From: an uncultured Rhodospirillales bacterium
Lineage (GTDB): Bacteria > Pseudomonadota > Alphaproteobacteria > Rhodospirillales > UBA2165
Assembly: GCA_905614355.1 (NCBI GenBank)
Contig: CAJQSN010000043.1
Coordinates: forward strand, 3,701 to 67,700
DNA: 64,000 bases
Direction of reading: 5' to 3'
Below are positions 30,970-41,386 of this stretch, piece after piece; positions within the stretch are counted from its first letter, which is position 1, and each line of letters opens with the position of its first letter. The notes beneath the pieces were generated by a model, which had not been told where the DNA came from, searched no databases, and worked only from the letters and a program-made list of their open reading frames with translations. The position numbers and the translations under genes are program-made.

Positions 30970-32343
30970 ATGTTAAAACAAATAAAAATATACTCCAGCG
31001 CTCCTTTATTGAAAATAATTTTCCATTTAATTGTAATTGCAACGATAACAAGCTGTGATACCATAACAAAAACTTTTGAAGACACTTATCTAGGTTCAAC
31101 AAATAAAGTTCAATTACCCGGCAAGCGGATCTCTATTTTAGCTCAACAGCACTCAATAAAACCGGACATAACGGCAGAAAAGCACCAAATAATTCTTCCA
31201 CCGCCTGTAACTAATAGCGATTGGCCACAGACAGGAGGCTATGCCAATCACGCTATGCACCATTTACGCCTTGGTCAAGCTCTTCAGGAAAAATGGAGCG
31301 TCAACATTGGTACCGGAACAAGCGGTGTGGAGCGTCTCATGGCACAGCCTATAATTGCACAAGGTCGCCTTTTTACCATGGATGCCGAAACAACAATAAA
31401 CGGTTATAACGTAAATAATGGGAAAAAACTGTGGAGCACTCAAATTACCCCAAAAGAAGAAGAGGATGACCATATCAATGGCGGTTTAGCGTTTAATAAT
31501 GGCAAAATTTATGCAACAACTGGTTTTGGTCATATCGTAGCTTTAACGGCTAAAACAGGAAAGGTTTTATGGCGTCGGGACGTCAAGATTCCGTTCCGAA
31601 CGGCTCCAACCGCAAAAGATAATCGCATTTTTGCTATTACCATAACGAATAAATTATTCGCACTTAATGGCCAAAGTGGGGCTATCTTATGGACGCATAC
31701 TGGAATTGAAGAGACCACCAATCTTCTAGGAGGTGGCAGTCCTGCCATTGATAGTGGTGTAATCGTTGCACCTTATTCATCTGGAGAGTTAGTGGCCTTA
31801 AAAGTACAAAATGGACAAGAATTGTGGAGTGACTCTTTGGCTGGGGGTCGACGAGACCTAGGAACCGCAACACTAGCGAGCATACGTGGGCGCCCAATAA
31901 TTGATCTCAATATGGTTTTTGCAGTCAGCAATAGCGGACAACTTACTGCAATCAACCTACGTACTGGAAAACGTATTTGGGAGCGAAATATCGGTGGCGT
32001 AGAGAGCCCTTGGGTCGCTGGTAATTATTTATTTTTAATTTCTAATAATACGAACCTAATAGCCTTGGGAAAGAAGAATGGCCAGATATACTGGGTAACG
32101 GCTCTTCCCGAATGGAAAAACCAAAAAAGACGAAAAGACAAAATAACTTGGACAGGTCCAGTATTAGGAAGTGACCGTCTCATTTTGGCCGGTTCCGGGG
32201 GCAAAGCTCTATCAATCTCACCTTATTCAGGAAAGATACTGGGTCAAAAGAAAATGCCAGATGGCGTAACAATCAGCCCTGTCATTGCTCAAGATGCATT
32301 AATATTCTTGTCAGACGACGCAGAATTAGTTTCTTATCGTTAA
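30970..32343 (+). CDS. bamB: PQQ-like beta-propeller lipoprotein, BamB
   Basis: Lipobox ITSC, LPGKRISIL, WPQ-GG and repeated G..LW propeller blades; yfgM-bamB-der synteny. Confidence 0.85.
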   Translation: MLKQIKIYSSAPLLKIIFHLIVIATITSCDTITKTFEDTYLGSTNKVQLPGKRISILAQQHSIKPDITAEKHQIILPPPVTNSDWPQTGGYANHAMHHLRLGQALQEKWSVNIGTGTSGVERLMAQPIIAQGRLFTMDAETTINGYNVNNGKKLWSTQITPKEEEDDHINGGLAFNNGKIYATTGFGHIVALTAKTGKVLWRRDVKIPFRTAPTAKDNRIFAITITNKLFALNGQSGAILWTHTGIEETTNLLGGGSPAIDSGVIVAPYSSGELVALKVQNGQELWSDSLAGGRRDLGTATLASIRGRPIIDLNMVFAVSNSGQLTAINLRTGKRIWERNIGGVESPWVAGNYLFLISNNTNLIALGKKNGQIYWVTALPEWKNQKRRKDKITWTGPVLGSDRLILAGSGGKALSISPYSGKILGQKKMPDGVTISPVIAQDALIFLSDDAELVSYR

Positions 32344-32368
32344 ATTTTATAAATAATATGGTCTTGCT

Positions 32369-33745
32369 ATGAACATAACCTTAGCAATTCTTGGCAGACC
32401 AAATGTCGGGAAATCAACATTATTCAATCGCTTAGCTGGAAAGCGCTTAGCAATAGTCGATGACACCCCAGGTGTTACGAGAGACCGACGTATAGCCCCT
32501 GGCCGAGTTGGGGATATAAATGTCAACATCATTGACACTGCAGGGTTCGAAGATGTGCATGATGAAAGCTTAGAAGCTAGAATGCGTCAGCAAACTAATC
32601 AAGCAATTGAAGCAGCAGATATAGCTCTTTTTCTTATTGATTCGCGCGTGGGGGTTATGCCCCTCGATAGTTTTTTTGCTAACTGGATTAGATCTCAAAA
32701 TATCCCAGTAATTTTAGTAGCTAATAAATGCGAAGGAAAAGCCGGCGGGCCCGGATTATATGAAGCTTACAAACTTGGCCTCGGTGATCCAATACCAATT
32801 TCTGCAGAGCATGGAGAAGGTTTAGCTGACTTATATAAAGCACTATTACCGTATACCGTGCAGAGAGATTTTGATAATACATTGTTACCAACTGACACTG
32901 TATCTTCCGATAACGAAAAACAAGATGATAATTTTTATGGTGTCATTCAGATGGCTATTGTCGGCCGACCGAACGTAGGAAAGTCTACTCTTGTAAATAC
33001 AATTATTGGCGAAGAAAGACTTCTAACCGGACCAGAAGCCGGGATTACCCGCGATTCAATTTCGGTTGAATGGAAGCACAGTGGTCGAAGCATGCGATTG
33101 ATCGATACAGCGGGCCTCCGCCGGCGGTCAAAAATCCAAGATAAAGTCGAGACTTTGTCAGCAAAAGACTCGTTCCGAGCGATACAGTATGCTCAAATAG
33201 TGGTTCTCGTACTTGATGGGAATTTAATGCTCGAGAAACAGGACCTTACAATCGCACGCCAAGTGGTTGAAGAGGGGCGAATACTTATAATTGCCGTTAA
33301 TAAATGGGACATAGTGAATAACCGTACGCAGGCATTAAGAAAATTAGGTGATCGGTTACAAACTTCACTCCCACAAGTGCGTGGAATTTCTATTATCACC
33401 CTCTCAGCCTTAACAGGACAAAATATAAATAAACTCATACCAACAGCCTTCGATATGTTTGAAATCTGGAATAAACGAATTTCGACTAGTAAGCTAAATC
33501 AGTGGCTTATGATGATGACAGAGCGTCACCCACCTCCAATTAAAGGCGGGAGACGTATTCGCATACGTTATATGACACAAGCAAAAACACGCCCGCCAAC
33601 TTTTATAATTTTCTCAAGCAGGGGCACCGATCTTCCAGAAGCCTACAAACGTTTTCTGGTGAATGGTATTCGAGAAGATTTTAACTTACCAGGCGTACCA
33701 ATTAGAATTTTAGCTCGTACTGGTAACAACCCTTACGTTGATTAG
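32369..33745 (+). CDS. der: Ribosome biogenesis GTPase Der (EngA)
   Basis: Two GRPNVGKSTL P-loops, two DTAG motifs and KH-like C-terminus with RPPTF. Confidence 0.97.
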   Translation: MNITLAILGRPNVGKSTLFNRLAGKRLAIVDDTPGVTRDRRIAPGRVGDINVNIIDTAGFEDVHDESLEARMRQQTNQAIEAADIALFLIDSRVGVMPLDSFFANWIRSQNIPVILVANKCEGKAGGPGLYEAYKLGLGDPIPISAEHGEGLADLYKALLPYTVQRDFDNTLLPTDTVSSDNEKQDDNFYGVIQMAIVGRPNVGKSTLVNTIIGEERLLTGPEAGITRDSISVEWKHSGRSMRLIDTAGLRRRSKIQDKVETLSAKDSFRAIQYAQIVVLVLDGNLMLEKQDLTIARQVVEEGRILIIAVNKWDIVNNRTQALRKLGDRLQTSLPQVRGISIITLSALTGQNINKLIPTAFDMFEIWNKRISTSKLNQWLMMMTERHPPPIKGGRRIRIRYMTQAKTRPPTFIIFSSRGTDLPEAYKRFLVNGIREDFNLPGVPIRILARTGNNPYVD

Positions 33746-33834
33746 TTTTTTTATCTTAGTCCCACTTTTTAAGCATTTTATTAGATTAAAAATCTAACTT
33801 AAATATCTTTTTTTGTGAGACAGACATCATTCGA

Positions 33835-35106
33835 CTAAGCTAGCTGCTCGGTCAATTTAATATTACTGAGACTTTTTTTATCCTGTAAAACACTTATCAA
33901 TTCTCTAAAGCTATCGAGATTATGTATCGTTTTGAAATCATCGACGTGCGGCAACATAGCTCTAATCCCAATGGATTTAGGTTTAAAATCCTCATACCGG
34001 AGTAGCGGGTTTAGCCAAATTAAACGCCGACACGATTTGTGAAGACGTTGCATTTCATAAGTAAGGCCGTCACCCTCATCACGATCTAAACCATCAGATA
34101 TTAAAACAACAACAGCCCCTTGCGTTAGAACCCGGCGAGACCAATATTTATTAAAATCACGAAGGCTCTGCCCAATCCGGGTTCCACCGGACCAATCACT
34201 TGCGGCTTCTCCTACTTTTTCCAAAGCCTCATCAACGTCTTTATAACGTAAATAGCGCGTCACATTTGTCAAACAGGTTCCAAATAAAAATGTATGAACT
34301 CTATCTCGATCATTTGTCACTGTATGCATAAAATGCAGTAACATTCGGGAGTAACGTTCCATAGATCCAGAAATATCACAAATAACCACTAACGGTGGTC
34401 TTCGCATACGACGTTTACATCTCATCAGTGGTATAAAATCCGTACCAGAACGAAGCGCGGCTCGCATAGTACGGCGCGGATCAATCCGGGTTCCACTAAT
34501 AGATGCTTTAAACCGACGGGTTGCTACATAATTTAACGGTAATCTCATACGATGCACCTCAGCAATCGCAAGTTGTATTTCTTCTGTGGACATTTTTTCA
34601 AAGTCTTTCTTACCGAGCATCTCATTTGAACTCCACGTTAAAGCCGAATCAAATTCAATCTCTTTTTCTTCCTTAGTCCTAAGTTGATCACCCTGATCCG
34701 AAGCCAAGGCTTCAGCGACACGTCTTAAAACATCTTCTGGTTCGACACCTGTGTTACTTGAATTTGACATATCAGGTAAGATTAATTGCATCATGCGATC
34801 CAAAATATCTGGATTACGCCAGAATATATGAAAAACTTGATCAAACACCGCACGTTGTGCTAGGCGTGTAATAAATACAGCATGTAGAGCCCAATAAAAG
34901 TCATTTCGGTCGGACACACCAATTTGTATGACAGCTCTAAGGGCATCCAAAACTTGACCAGGCCCAACCGGCAGCCCAGCTCGCCTTAAAACACGGGAAA
35001 AATGCATAATATTTTCACTTAAGAGCCCACCAAATTTATTTCCAGGGAGCAAACATAACTCTTCTTTACGGTAAGACTTATTTTCTTCTTTTAATACCGG
35101 CATCAA
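33835..35106 (-). CDS. coxE: VWA domain protein, CoxE family
   Basis: F-R-LRRAGLPVGP, CDISGSMERYS MIDAS, DWSGGTRIG, ISDGLDR and WLNPLL. Confidence 0.88.
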   Translation of the reverse strand: MMPVLKEENKSYRKEELCLLPGNKFGGLLSENIMHFSRVLRRAGLPVGPGQVLDALRAVIQIGVSDRNDFYWALHAVFITRLAQRAVFDQVFHIFWRNPDILDRMMQLILPDMSNSSNTGVEPEDVLRRVAEALASDQGDQLRTKEEKEIEFDSALTWSSNEMLGKKDFEKMSTEEIQLAIAEVHRMRLPLNYVATRRFKASISGTRIDPRRTMRAALRSGTDFIPLMRCKRRMRRPPLVVICDISGSMERYSRMLLHFMHTVTNDRDRVHTFLFGTCLTNVTRYLRYKDVDEALEKVGEAASDWSGGTRIGQSLRDFNKYWSRRVLTQGAVVVLISDGLDRDEGDGLTYEMQRLHKSCRRLIWLNPLLRYEDFKPKSIGIRAMLPHVDDFKTIHNLDSFRELISVLQDKKSLSNIKLTEQLA

Positions 35107-36020
35107 ACACTAACGCTTGCTAGCTCTGCCTTAACTTCTTCCAAAATTCGACCAGCCTCACTTCCCTGGATTTTTACGATGTCATCTTGATATTTTAATA
35201 ACGCTCCTAGTGTATCATTAAGCGTCTCTGGATCCAGTGAGGAACAATCCAATTGAGTCAGTGCATGGGCCCAATCAATTGTCTCCGCCACCCCTGGAAC
35301 TTTGAATAAATCCATCTTGCGTAATTTCTGAACAAATCCAACGACTTCAGTTGACAGGTCCTTAGCCGCATTCGGTGCCTTAACCTTTAAAATTTCGAGC
35401 TCTCTTTCAGAGCTTGGATAGTCAACCCAGTGATAGAAACAACGCCGCTTTAGGGCATCATGTATTTCGCGTGTTCGATTAGATGTTATAATAACTAATG
35501 GTGGTTCTGAAGCTACTATAGTTCCAAGCTCAGGAATTGTAATTTGATAGTCAGAGAGAACTTCTAAAAGGTAGGCCTCAAACGGTTCATCAGTTCGGTC
35601 CAATTCATCAATAAGTAGAACGGGAGGGCCACTTGGATCTTTTTCTAAAGCTTGTAAAAGTGGTCTTTTAATTAAGAAAGCATCACTAAATATGTTGGAT
35701 TCTAATGAAACCCGGTCCGTATTCTCAACAGCTTCAGCCATCCGTATTTCTATCATTTGCCGAGCATAGTTCCACTCATATACCGCTGTTGTTACATCAA
35801 GACCTTCGTAACATTGTAATCTCAGAAGCTTCCGACCCAACATATTTGATAAAACTTTCGCAAGTTCAGTTTTACCAACGCCGGCTTCCCCCTCTAGAAA
35901 AAGTGGCTTATTAAGACTAATTGAGAGATACAGTGCTGTAGCAAGGCTACGGTTAGATAGATAATCACCATCCCGCAACATTTCCAAGGTTGCGTCAACA
36001 TCATTTGGCAAAAGAGACAT
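35103..36020 (-). CDS. coxD: MoxR-family AAA+ ATPase, CoxD type
   Basis: LEGEAGVGKT, RLQCYEGLD, LLIDELDR-DE-FEA, TSNRTREIHDALKRRC and K-PGVAETIDW. Confidence 0.9.
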   Translation of the reverse strand: MSLLPNDVDATLEMLRDGDYLSNRSLATALYLSISLNKPLFLEGEAGVGKTELAKVLSNMLGRKLLRLQCYEGLDVTTAVYEWNYARQMIEIRMAEAVENTDRVSLESNIFSDAFLIKRPLLQALEKDPSGPPVLLIDELDRTDEPFEAYLLEVLSDYQITIPELGTIVASEPPLVIITSNRTREIHDALKRRCFYHWVDYPSSERELEILKVKAPNAAKDLSTEVVGFVQKLRKMDLFKVPGVAETIDWAHALTQLDCSSLDPETLNDTLGALLKYQDDIVKIQGSEAGRILEEVKAELASVSV

Positions 36021-36223
36021 TCTAAATTCCTAAATTTTAGATAAAAACAACAAGTTGGCTAAGAATAAGAAAAGCTATCCCTTCTGTCCATAACACTCAT
36101 AACTGATTATAGAAGTTACGATGGTGCACCACTTAGGTCCAACCAGAGAATTCCTTTACATATAGTTATTTCTAATCTAGCCGCAAATATTTTTACCCTT
36201 ATTCTTAAGTTTTTTACAAGTTA

Positions 36224-37801
36224 TCAAAAATTTAGCGAAGTTACCTTGACGACATGGGGAATACTCCTAACTTTATCGGCAATTTCCTCTGACACAGGTT
36301 CATCCAACTCAATCAGAGCGATAGCATCGCCCCCATCCTTATTCCTACCAAGGTTAAAAGTTGCTATATTAATATCGTTTTCACCAAGGGCTGTTCCAAG
36401 CGCACCGATAAAACCAGGTTTGTCCTCATTCGTTATGTAAAGCATATTAGGACCTAATTCCGCATCAATTGCGATTCCTTTAATCTCAACAATACGAGGC
36501 TTGTCACCGGCAAACAATGTACCTGACAGCGCACGGGTCTGAGATTCAGTAGTGACTGTCAACGTAATTTTGGTTTGATATTCATCCAAGACATCACATG
36601 TCACCTCAGAAATTTCGATATTACGTTCCTTAGCAATACTTGGTGCAGAAACCATATTTACAGATTCTAAAAGCGGGGTTAGCAGACCTTTCAACACCAC
36701 AGCAGTCAGCGGCTTAGTATTTAATTCTGCAGCATGACCACAATACTCGATCTGGACCTTTTTTATTGCAGTTTCCGTTACTTGTCCGGCGAAGCTACCT
36801 ATTTGCTCAGCCAACTTAAAATATGGGGCTAGCTTAGTTGCATCCTCTGCGCTAACAGAAGGCATATTAATTGAATTAACGACTGTACCCTCCAGTAAAT
36901 AATCTGAAATTTGTTCAGCTACTTGGATTGCAACATTCACTTGGGCCTCATCTGTAGATGCACCAAGGTGAGGCGTTACGATGACCTTATTCATTCCAAA
37001 AAGGACATTCTCTCGAGCTGGTTCAACCTCAAAAACGTCAACACCTGCGCCCGCAACCTTCCCCATTTCAATAGCAGCCTTTAGATCATTCTCAACAATC
37101 AAACCGCCTCTAGCACAGTTTACAATACGAACTCCATCTTTCATTTTTGTAAATGCTATAGCATCGATAATACCCCTTGTAGCGTCCGTCATTGGCGTAT
37201 GGAGGGAAATGAAGTCAGCTCGTTGTAATAGTTGATCCAATTCAACTTTTTCAACACCAAGATTATTAGCGCGCTCTAACGAAAGATAAGGATCATAGGC
37301 AATAACCTTCATTTTCAAACCGATTGCTCTATCAGCAACAATGGCTCCAATATTTCCACACCCAATTATACCAAGTGTCTTAGCTGTTAACTCAACACCC
37401 ATAAAATTAGCCTTTTCCCATTTTCCAGAATGGGTTGAAGCACTGGCAAGCGGAATATCACGAGCTAAAGAAAATATCATAGCAATTGCATGCTCTGCCG
37501 TAGTAATTGAATTACCAAATGGGGTGTTCATAACAACAATTCCATTAGCCGAAGCCGCCGATATATCAATATTATCAACGCCGATACCTGCTCGACCAAT
37601 AACCTTCAAATTAGTTGCAGCAGTAATAACCTCCGTAGTTACCTGAGTAGAAGACCGGACGGCTAAACCGTCATACTTGCCAATACAAGCTTTGAGTTCT
37701 TCGGGCAGCATACCGGTTATTAAATCAACTTCTAAACCCCGTTCTCTAAATATAACTTCGGCACGCGAACTCATTTTATCTGCAATTAAAACCTTCGGCA
37801 T
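36224..37801 (-). CDS. serA: D-3-phosphoglycerate dehydrogenase (long form, ASB and ACT domains)
   Basis: GRAGIGVDN, GIIGCGNIG, NCARGG, TPHLGAST and C-terminal ACT (N-DKPGFIG..INIATF-LGR). Confidence 0.97.
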   Translation of the reverse strand: MPKVLIADKMSSRAEVIFRERGLEVDLITGMLPEELKACIGKYDGLAVRSSTQVTTEVITAATNLKVIGRAGIGVDNIDISAASANGIVVMNTPFGNSITTAEHAIAMIFSLARDIPLASASTHSGKWEKANFMGVELTAKTLGIIGCGNIGAIVADRAIGLKMKVIAYDPYLSLERANNLGVEKVELDQLLQRADFISLHTPMTDATRGIIDAIAFTKMKDGVRIVNCARGGLIVENDLKAAIEMGKVAGAGVDVFEVEPARENVLFGMNKVIVTPHLGASTDEAQVNVAIQVAEQISDYLLEGTVVNSINMPSVSAEDATKLAPYFKLAEQIGSFAGQVTETAIKKVQIEYCGHAAELNTKPLTAVVLKGLLTPLLESVNMVSAPSIAKERNIEISEVTCDVLDEYQTKITLTVTTESQTRALSGTLFAGDKPRIVEIKGIAIDAELGPNMLYITNEDKPGFIGALGTALGENDINIATFNLGRNKDGGDAIALIELDEPVSEEIADKVRSIPHVVKVTSLNF

Positions 37802-37840
37802 CGGTTTACTCCTAATTTATTCAATATATAAAATTTGAAT

Positions 37841-39010
37841 CTATGCTGTGTATTCTATTGAAATTTCTGAAATTGCCCATTCAATCCACGGCGTTAGTGC
37901 TTTAACATCATCCACCTCAATCGTTCCTCCACACCAAATACGCAATCCCGGGGGCGCATCTCGGTACGAACCAATGTCATAAGCAATATTTTCTTTATCA
38001 AGTAATACAACAACCTTTTTTGCCGCATCTTCTTTCTTCTCTTTGCTTAGACTAACAAACCAATCGCACGTAATATTTAAGCAAACAGATGTACAGGATT
38101 GGATTTTAAAGTCTTCGGCTAGAAATTCAACATTATTTGAACTCTCAACCCACTGGGCGATTACAGTTAAGTTTGCTTCTGACCGCTCAATCAATGACTT
38201 TAGGCCGCCGATTCTGATAGCCCAATTTAGTCCATCTAAAGCATCTTCAACACAAAGCATAGAAGGTGTGTTGATCGTAGCAGCTTTAAACACTGACTCA
38301 TTCAATTTACCACCTGAGGTGAGGCGAAAAATTTTTGGTAAAGGCCACGCTGGAATATAACTCTCGAGACGTTCTACTGCACGAGGACTTAACACCAGCA
38401 TACCATGCTGCGCTTCACCGCCCATTACTTTCTGCCACGAATAAGTTGTAACATCTAGCTTATTCCATTCTAAATTCATGGCAAAAACTGCAGAAGTCGC
38501 ATCACAAAATGTCAGTCCTTCTCGATCAACAGGTATCCAATCACCATTTGGCACGCGAACACCCGAAGTAGTTCCATTCCAGGTAAAAACGACATCGTGA
38601 GTAAAATCAACTTCATTTAAGTCGGGCAACTTTCCGTAACCAGATTTAAGCTCTCTAACGTTATGGAGCTTGAGTTGGTTTATTACATCTCCAACCCAGC
38701 CTTTACCAAAGCTTTCCCATTGTAACATATCAACACCGCGCGCACCCAACATGGACCATAAAGCCATTTCAAACGCACCAGTGTCTGAGCCAGCTACAAT
38801 ACCAATTCTATAATTTTCCGGGATTCCAAGGATTAAACGTGTCTTGTCTATTACCTCTTGAATTCTTTTTTTACCGGGTGCCGATCGGTGAGACCTCCCC
38901 AGTAACGCATCAGCCAAAACATCAGGAGTCCATCCAGGTCGCTTGGCACAGGGTCCCGAAGAAAAATTAGAATTAAGAGGACGTTTACTTGGTTTATCAA
39001 CATTTGACAT
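37841..39010 (-). CDS. serC: Phosphoserine aminotransferase (alphaproteobacterial/Methanosarcina type)
   Basis: [35 protein letters not shown] and [13 protein letters not shown]. Confidence 0.95.
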   Translation of the reverse strand: MSNVDKPSKRPLNSNFSSGPCAKRPGWTPDVLADALLGRSHRSAPGKKRIQEVIDKTRLILGIPENYRIGIVAGSDTGAFEMALWSMLGARGVDMLQWESFGKGWVGDVINQLKLHNVRELKSGYGKLPDLNEVDFTHDVVFTWNGTTSGVRVPNGDWIPVDREGLTFCDATSAVFAMNLEWNKLDVTTYSWQKVMGGEAQHGMLVLSPRAVERLESYIPAWPLPKIFRLTSGGKLNESVFKAATINTPSMLCVEDALDGLNWAIRIGGLKSLIERSEANLTVIAQWVESSNNVEFLAEDFKIQSCTSVCLNITCDWFVSLSKEKKEDAAKKVVVLLDKENIAYDIGSYRDAPPGLRIWCGGTIEVDDVKALTPWIEWAISEISIEYTA

Positions 39011-39019
39011 CTGTTTTAC

Positions 39020-39131
39020 TCCTATCTTTATAGATAGGGTGCTAACAAAATAACTTTATGTATAATCAGATTTATTTTTTTAATAATTGACTATCCAAAT
39101 TTCTTAGCAATCCTATCTTTATACAGATAGG
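39020..39131. repeat. Direct duplication of hairpin TCCTATCTTTAT(AC)AGATAGG at 39020-39038 and 39111-39131
   Basis: Two near-identical palindromic copies differing by a 2-nt loop indel; the spacer is bounded by TGCTAA/TTAGCA inverted hexamers. Confidence 0.85.
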
Positions 39132-39170
39132 CTTATTACCCGTTGGGAGGTAATGGCCCGCGCCGGTTCT
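39111..39170 (-). ncRNA. serC leader RNA motif (putative cis-regulator)
   Basis: Minus strand reads CCGGCGCGGGCC-ATTACC-TCCCAACG-GGTAAT-AAG-CCTATCT-GTATAA-AGATAGG: two hairpins with a CCCAACG loop upstream of serC-serA, matching my recollection of the alphaproteobacterial serC leader. Confidence 0.65.
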
Positions 39171-39268
39171 ATAGTGTTTTATCTCAATGTCAATTAGTTT
39201 TAGTGTTAAAATTTAAGCGAAGTCGAAGCTCAACTCATTTTAATCATACCTTACGCTGCAAAGAACTA

Positions 39269-40327
39269 CTACAAAGCACTCTCCAATTCCTTTCCGAGTT
39301 CCATAGTGCTGGCTCTACCGCCCATATCAGCTGTCATACAAGACCCATCTTCAAGTACTTTTTCAATTGCAGTCAAAACATCCGCAGCTGCAGTTGTTTC
39401 ACCAAAGTGATTTAGCATCATAGCTCCTGACCAAATTTGTCCAATTGGATTGGCAACACCTTTCCCGGCAATATCGGGTGCAGAGCCATGAACAGGTTCA
39501 AACATTGATGGGAAGCGTCGCTCTGGATTAATATTGCCTGAAGGAGCTATTCCGATTGTACCGGTAACAGCTGGACCTAAATCTGACAATATATCCCCAA
39601 AAAGATTTGAGCCAACTACTACATCGAACCAATCAGGGTTGCGCACAAAATGAGCAGTTAGTATATCAATATGGAATTTATCCACCCTAATATCGGGGAA
39701 TTGTTTATGCATCTCAACAACCCGCTCATCCCAGTAAGGCATAGTATGGATAATACCGTTCGATTTAGTGGCAGATGTCAAGTGTTTGTTAGGCCTTGTT
39801 TGCGCTAATTCAAATGCGTATTTTAATATACGATCAACGCCTTTACGGGTGAAATTTGATTGTTGTGTTACAAATTCTTCATCTGTACCCGCATAAAGCT
39901 TCCCGCCAATTTCTGAATATTCTCCTTCAACGTTTTCGCGTACCACGTAAAAATCAATATCCCCTGGTTCTCTATTGACTAGCGGACTTGGTACGCCCTT
40001 GAACAAACGGACGGGACGCAAGTTAACATATTGTTGATATTCTCGCCGAAATGGGATCAATAATCCCCAAAGCGAAATATGATCTGGCACACCCGGAAAA
40101 CCAACTGCACCAAGATAAATAGCATCATGTTCACTAGTCTGATAAATTCCATCCTCCGGCATCATACGACCTGTTTTTTTATAAGTTTCGCATGACCAAT
40201 TAAACATATCCCACTCAAATTTTATATTATGTTTGCGACCCACTGCATCCAAAACTCTAATACCTTCAGGCACTACCTCTTTACCAATTCCATCTCCTGG
40301 GATCGTTGCTATTTTATAAGTTTTCAT
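39269..40327 (-). CDS. Tartrate dehydrogenase / D-malate dehydrogenase (decarboxylating)
   Basis: IPGDGIGKEV, PDHISLWGLLIPFRR, VRENVEGEYS, ATKSNGI-HTMPYWD and FEPVHGSAPDI; start corrected to ATG at 40327 (MKTYKIA). Confidence 0.9.
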   Translation of the reverse strand: MKTYKIATIPGDGIGKEVVPEGIRVLDAVGRKHNIKFEWDMFNWSCETYKKTGRMMPEDGIYQTSEHDAIYLGAVGFPGVPDHISLWGLLIPFRREYQQYVNLRPVRLFKGVPSPLVNREPGDIDFYVVRENVEGEYSEIGGKLYAGTDEEFVTQQSNFTRKGVDRILKYAFELAQTRPNKHLTSATKSNGIIHTMPYWDERVVEMHKQFPDIRVDKFHIDILTAHFVRNPDWFDVVVGSNLFGDILSDLGPAVTGTIGIAPSGNINPERRFPSMFEPVHGSAPDIAGKGVANPIGQIWSGAMMLNHFGETTAAADVLTAIEKVLEDGSCMTADMGGRASTMELGKELESAL

Positions 40328-40466
40328 GAAATCCAAAAACCTCAGACCAAGTAGTTTCCAAAATAAATATCCCTTAAATTCGTATTTTAACAACCCTGAC
40401 GCACACAAACTTAAATTAATAATGAATATAAATTTTCTCAATAATAGCGTAGCAATATAAGTTAGC

Positions 40467-41267
40467 TCAAAATTTACTAAATGTGTGTGCATGATTTAAA
40501 GGACCATGCCCCCTTCCATAACACGGAGCAGTGCGTATGGCCTCTTGTACATATTCTCTAGCCCGCTTGACAGAATTTCTCAAAGTTAATCCTTGAGCAA
40601 TACCCACAGCTAACGCTGAGGAAAGAGTACAACCCGTGCCGTGAGTATGAACGGTGTTTATACGAGTACTGGTATAAGTTTCTACGACTTGCCCTCCCTC
40701 CATGAGGAGGTCGACGACGTCCGTCCCATCACGGTGACCACCTTTTAACAAAATAGCCTGTGGCCCTAAGATAGAAAGTGCCCGCGCAAGACTTTCTGCT
40801 TCCTCAACTCTCGGAGCCGCAATTCCAGCTAACGCCTCAGCCTCAGGAATATTAGGCGTAAGAACCAAAGCACGGGGTACCATTAACTTTTTGAGTGCAT
40901 CGATCGCCTCCTCACCAAGCAATGAAGCTCCACCTTTAGCCACCATTACTGGATCAAGAATAATTGGTACTTCTGGTGCTTCGATCTTTAAGGTATCGCA
41001 AACAACTCTAATAATTTCTGGTTGACTTAACATACCTATTTTTATTACATCAGCTCCTATATCACCTAGCACCACTTTTATTTGCTCAGAAATAAACGAA
41101 GTTGGTACGTTGTGTATATCAAATACACCTTGGGTGTTTTGTGCTGTGAGTGCAGTAATCGCCGTCATTGCAAAGCCATCAAGCGCTGTCACGGTCTTAA
41201 TATCTGCTTGAATGCCAGCACCACCCCCCGAATCTGAACCAGCAATAATAAGAACTCTGCCCTGCAA
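40467..41267 (-). CDS. thiD: Hydroxymethylpyrimidine/phosphomethylpyrimidine kinase
   Basis: IAGSDSGGGAGIQADIKT, DPVMVAKGG, TPN-PEA, KGGH and HTHGTGCT. Confidence 0.96.
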   Translation of the reverse strand: MQGRVLIIAGSDSGGGAGIQADIKTVTALDGFAMTAITALTAQNTQGVFDIHNVPTSFISEQIKVVLGDIGADVIKIGMLSQPEIIRVVCDTLKIEAPEVPIILDPVMVAKGGASLLGEEAIDALKKLMVPRALVLTPNIPEAEALAGIAAPRVEEAESLARALSILGPQAILLKGGHRDGTDVVDLLMEGGQVVETYTSTRINTVHTHGTGCTLSSALAVGIAQGLTLRNSVKRAREYVQEAIRTAPCYGRGHGPLNHAHTFSKF

Positions 41268-41386
41268 TTTTTTTTATTCCTATTATTAATTTTTCTGGTT
41301 TCTTACCCAGGATTATTTGATTTTTAATACTAAATTATAAATTAGATTTTTATTTTCATCCACGGGGCAGAATCTAATAAAATGAA

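Noticed and set aside
39143-39415. 90-aa ORF on the plus strand
   Set aside because: Antisense to the serC leader and the dehydrogenase 3' end; no recognisable features
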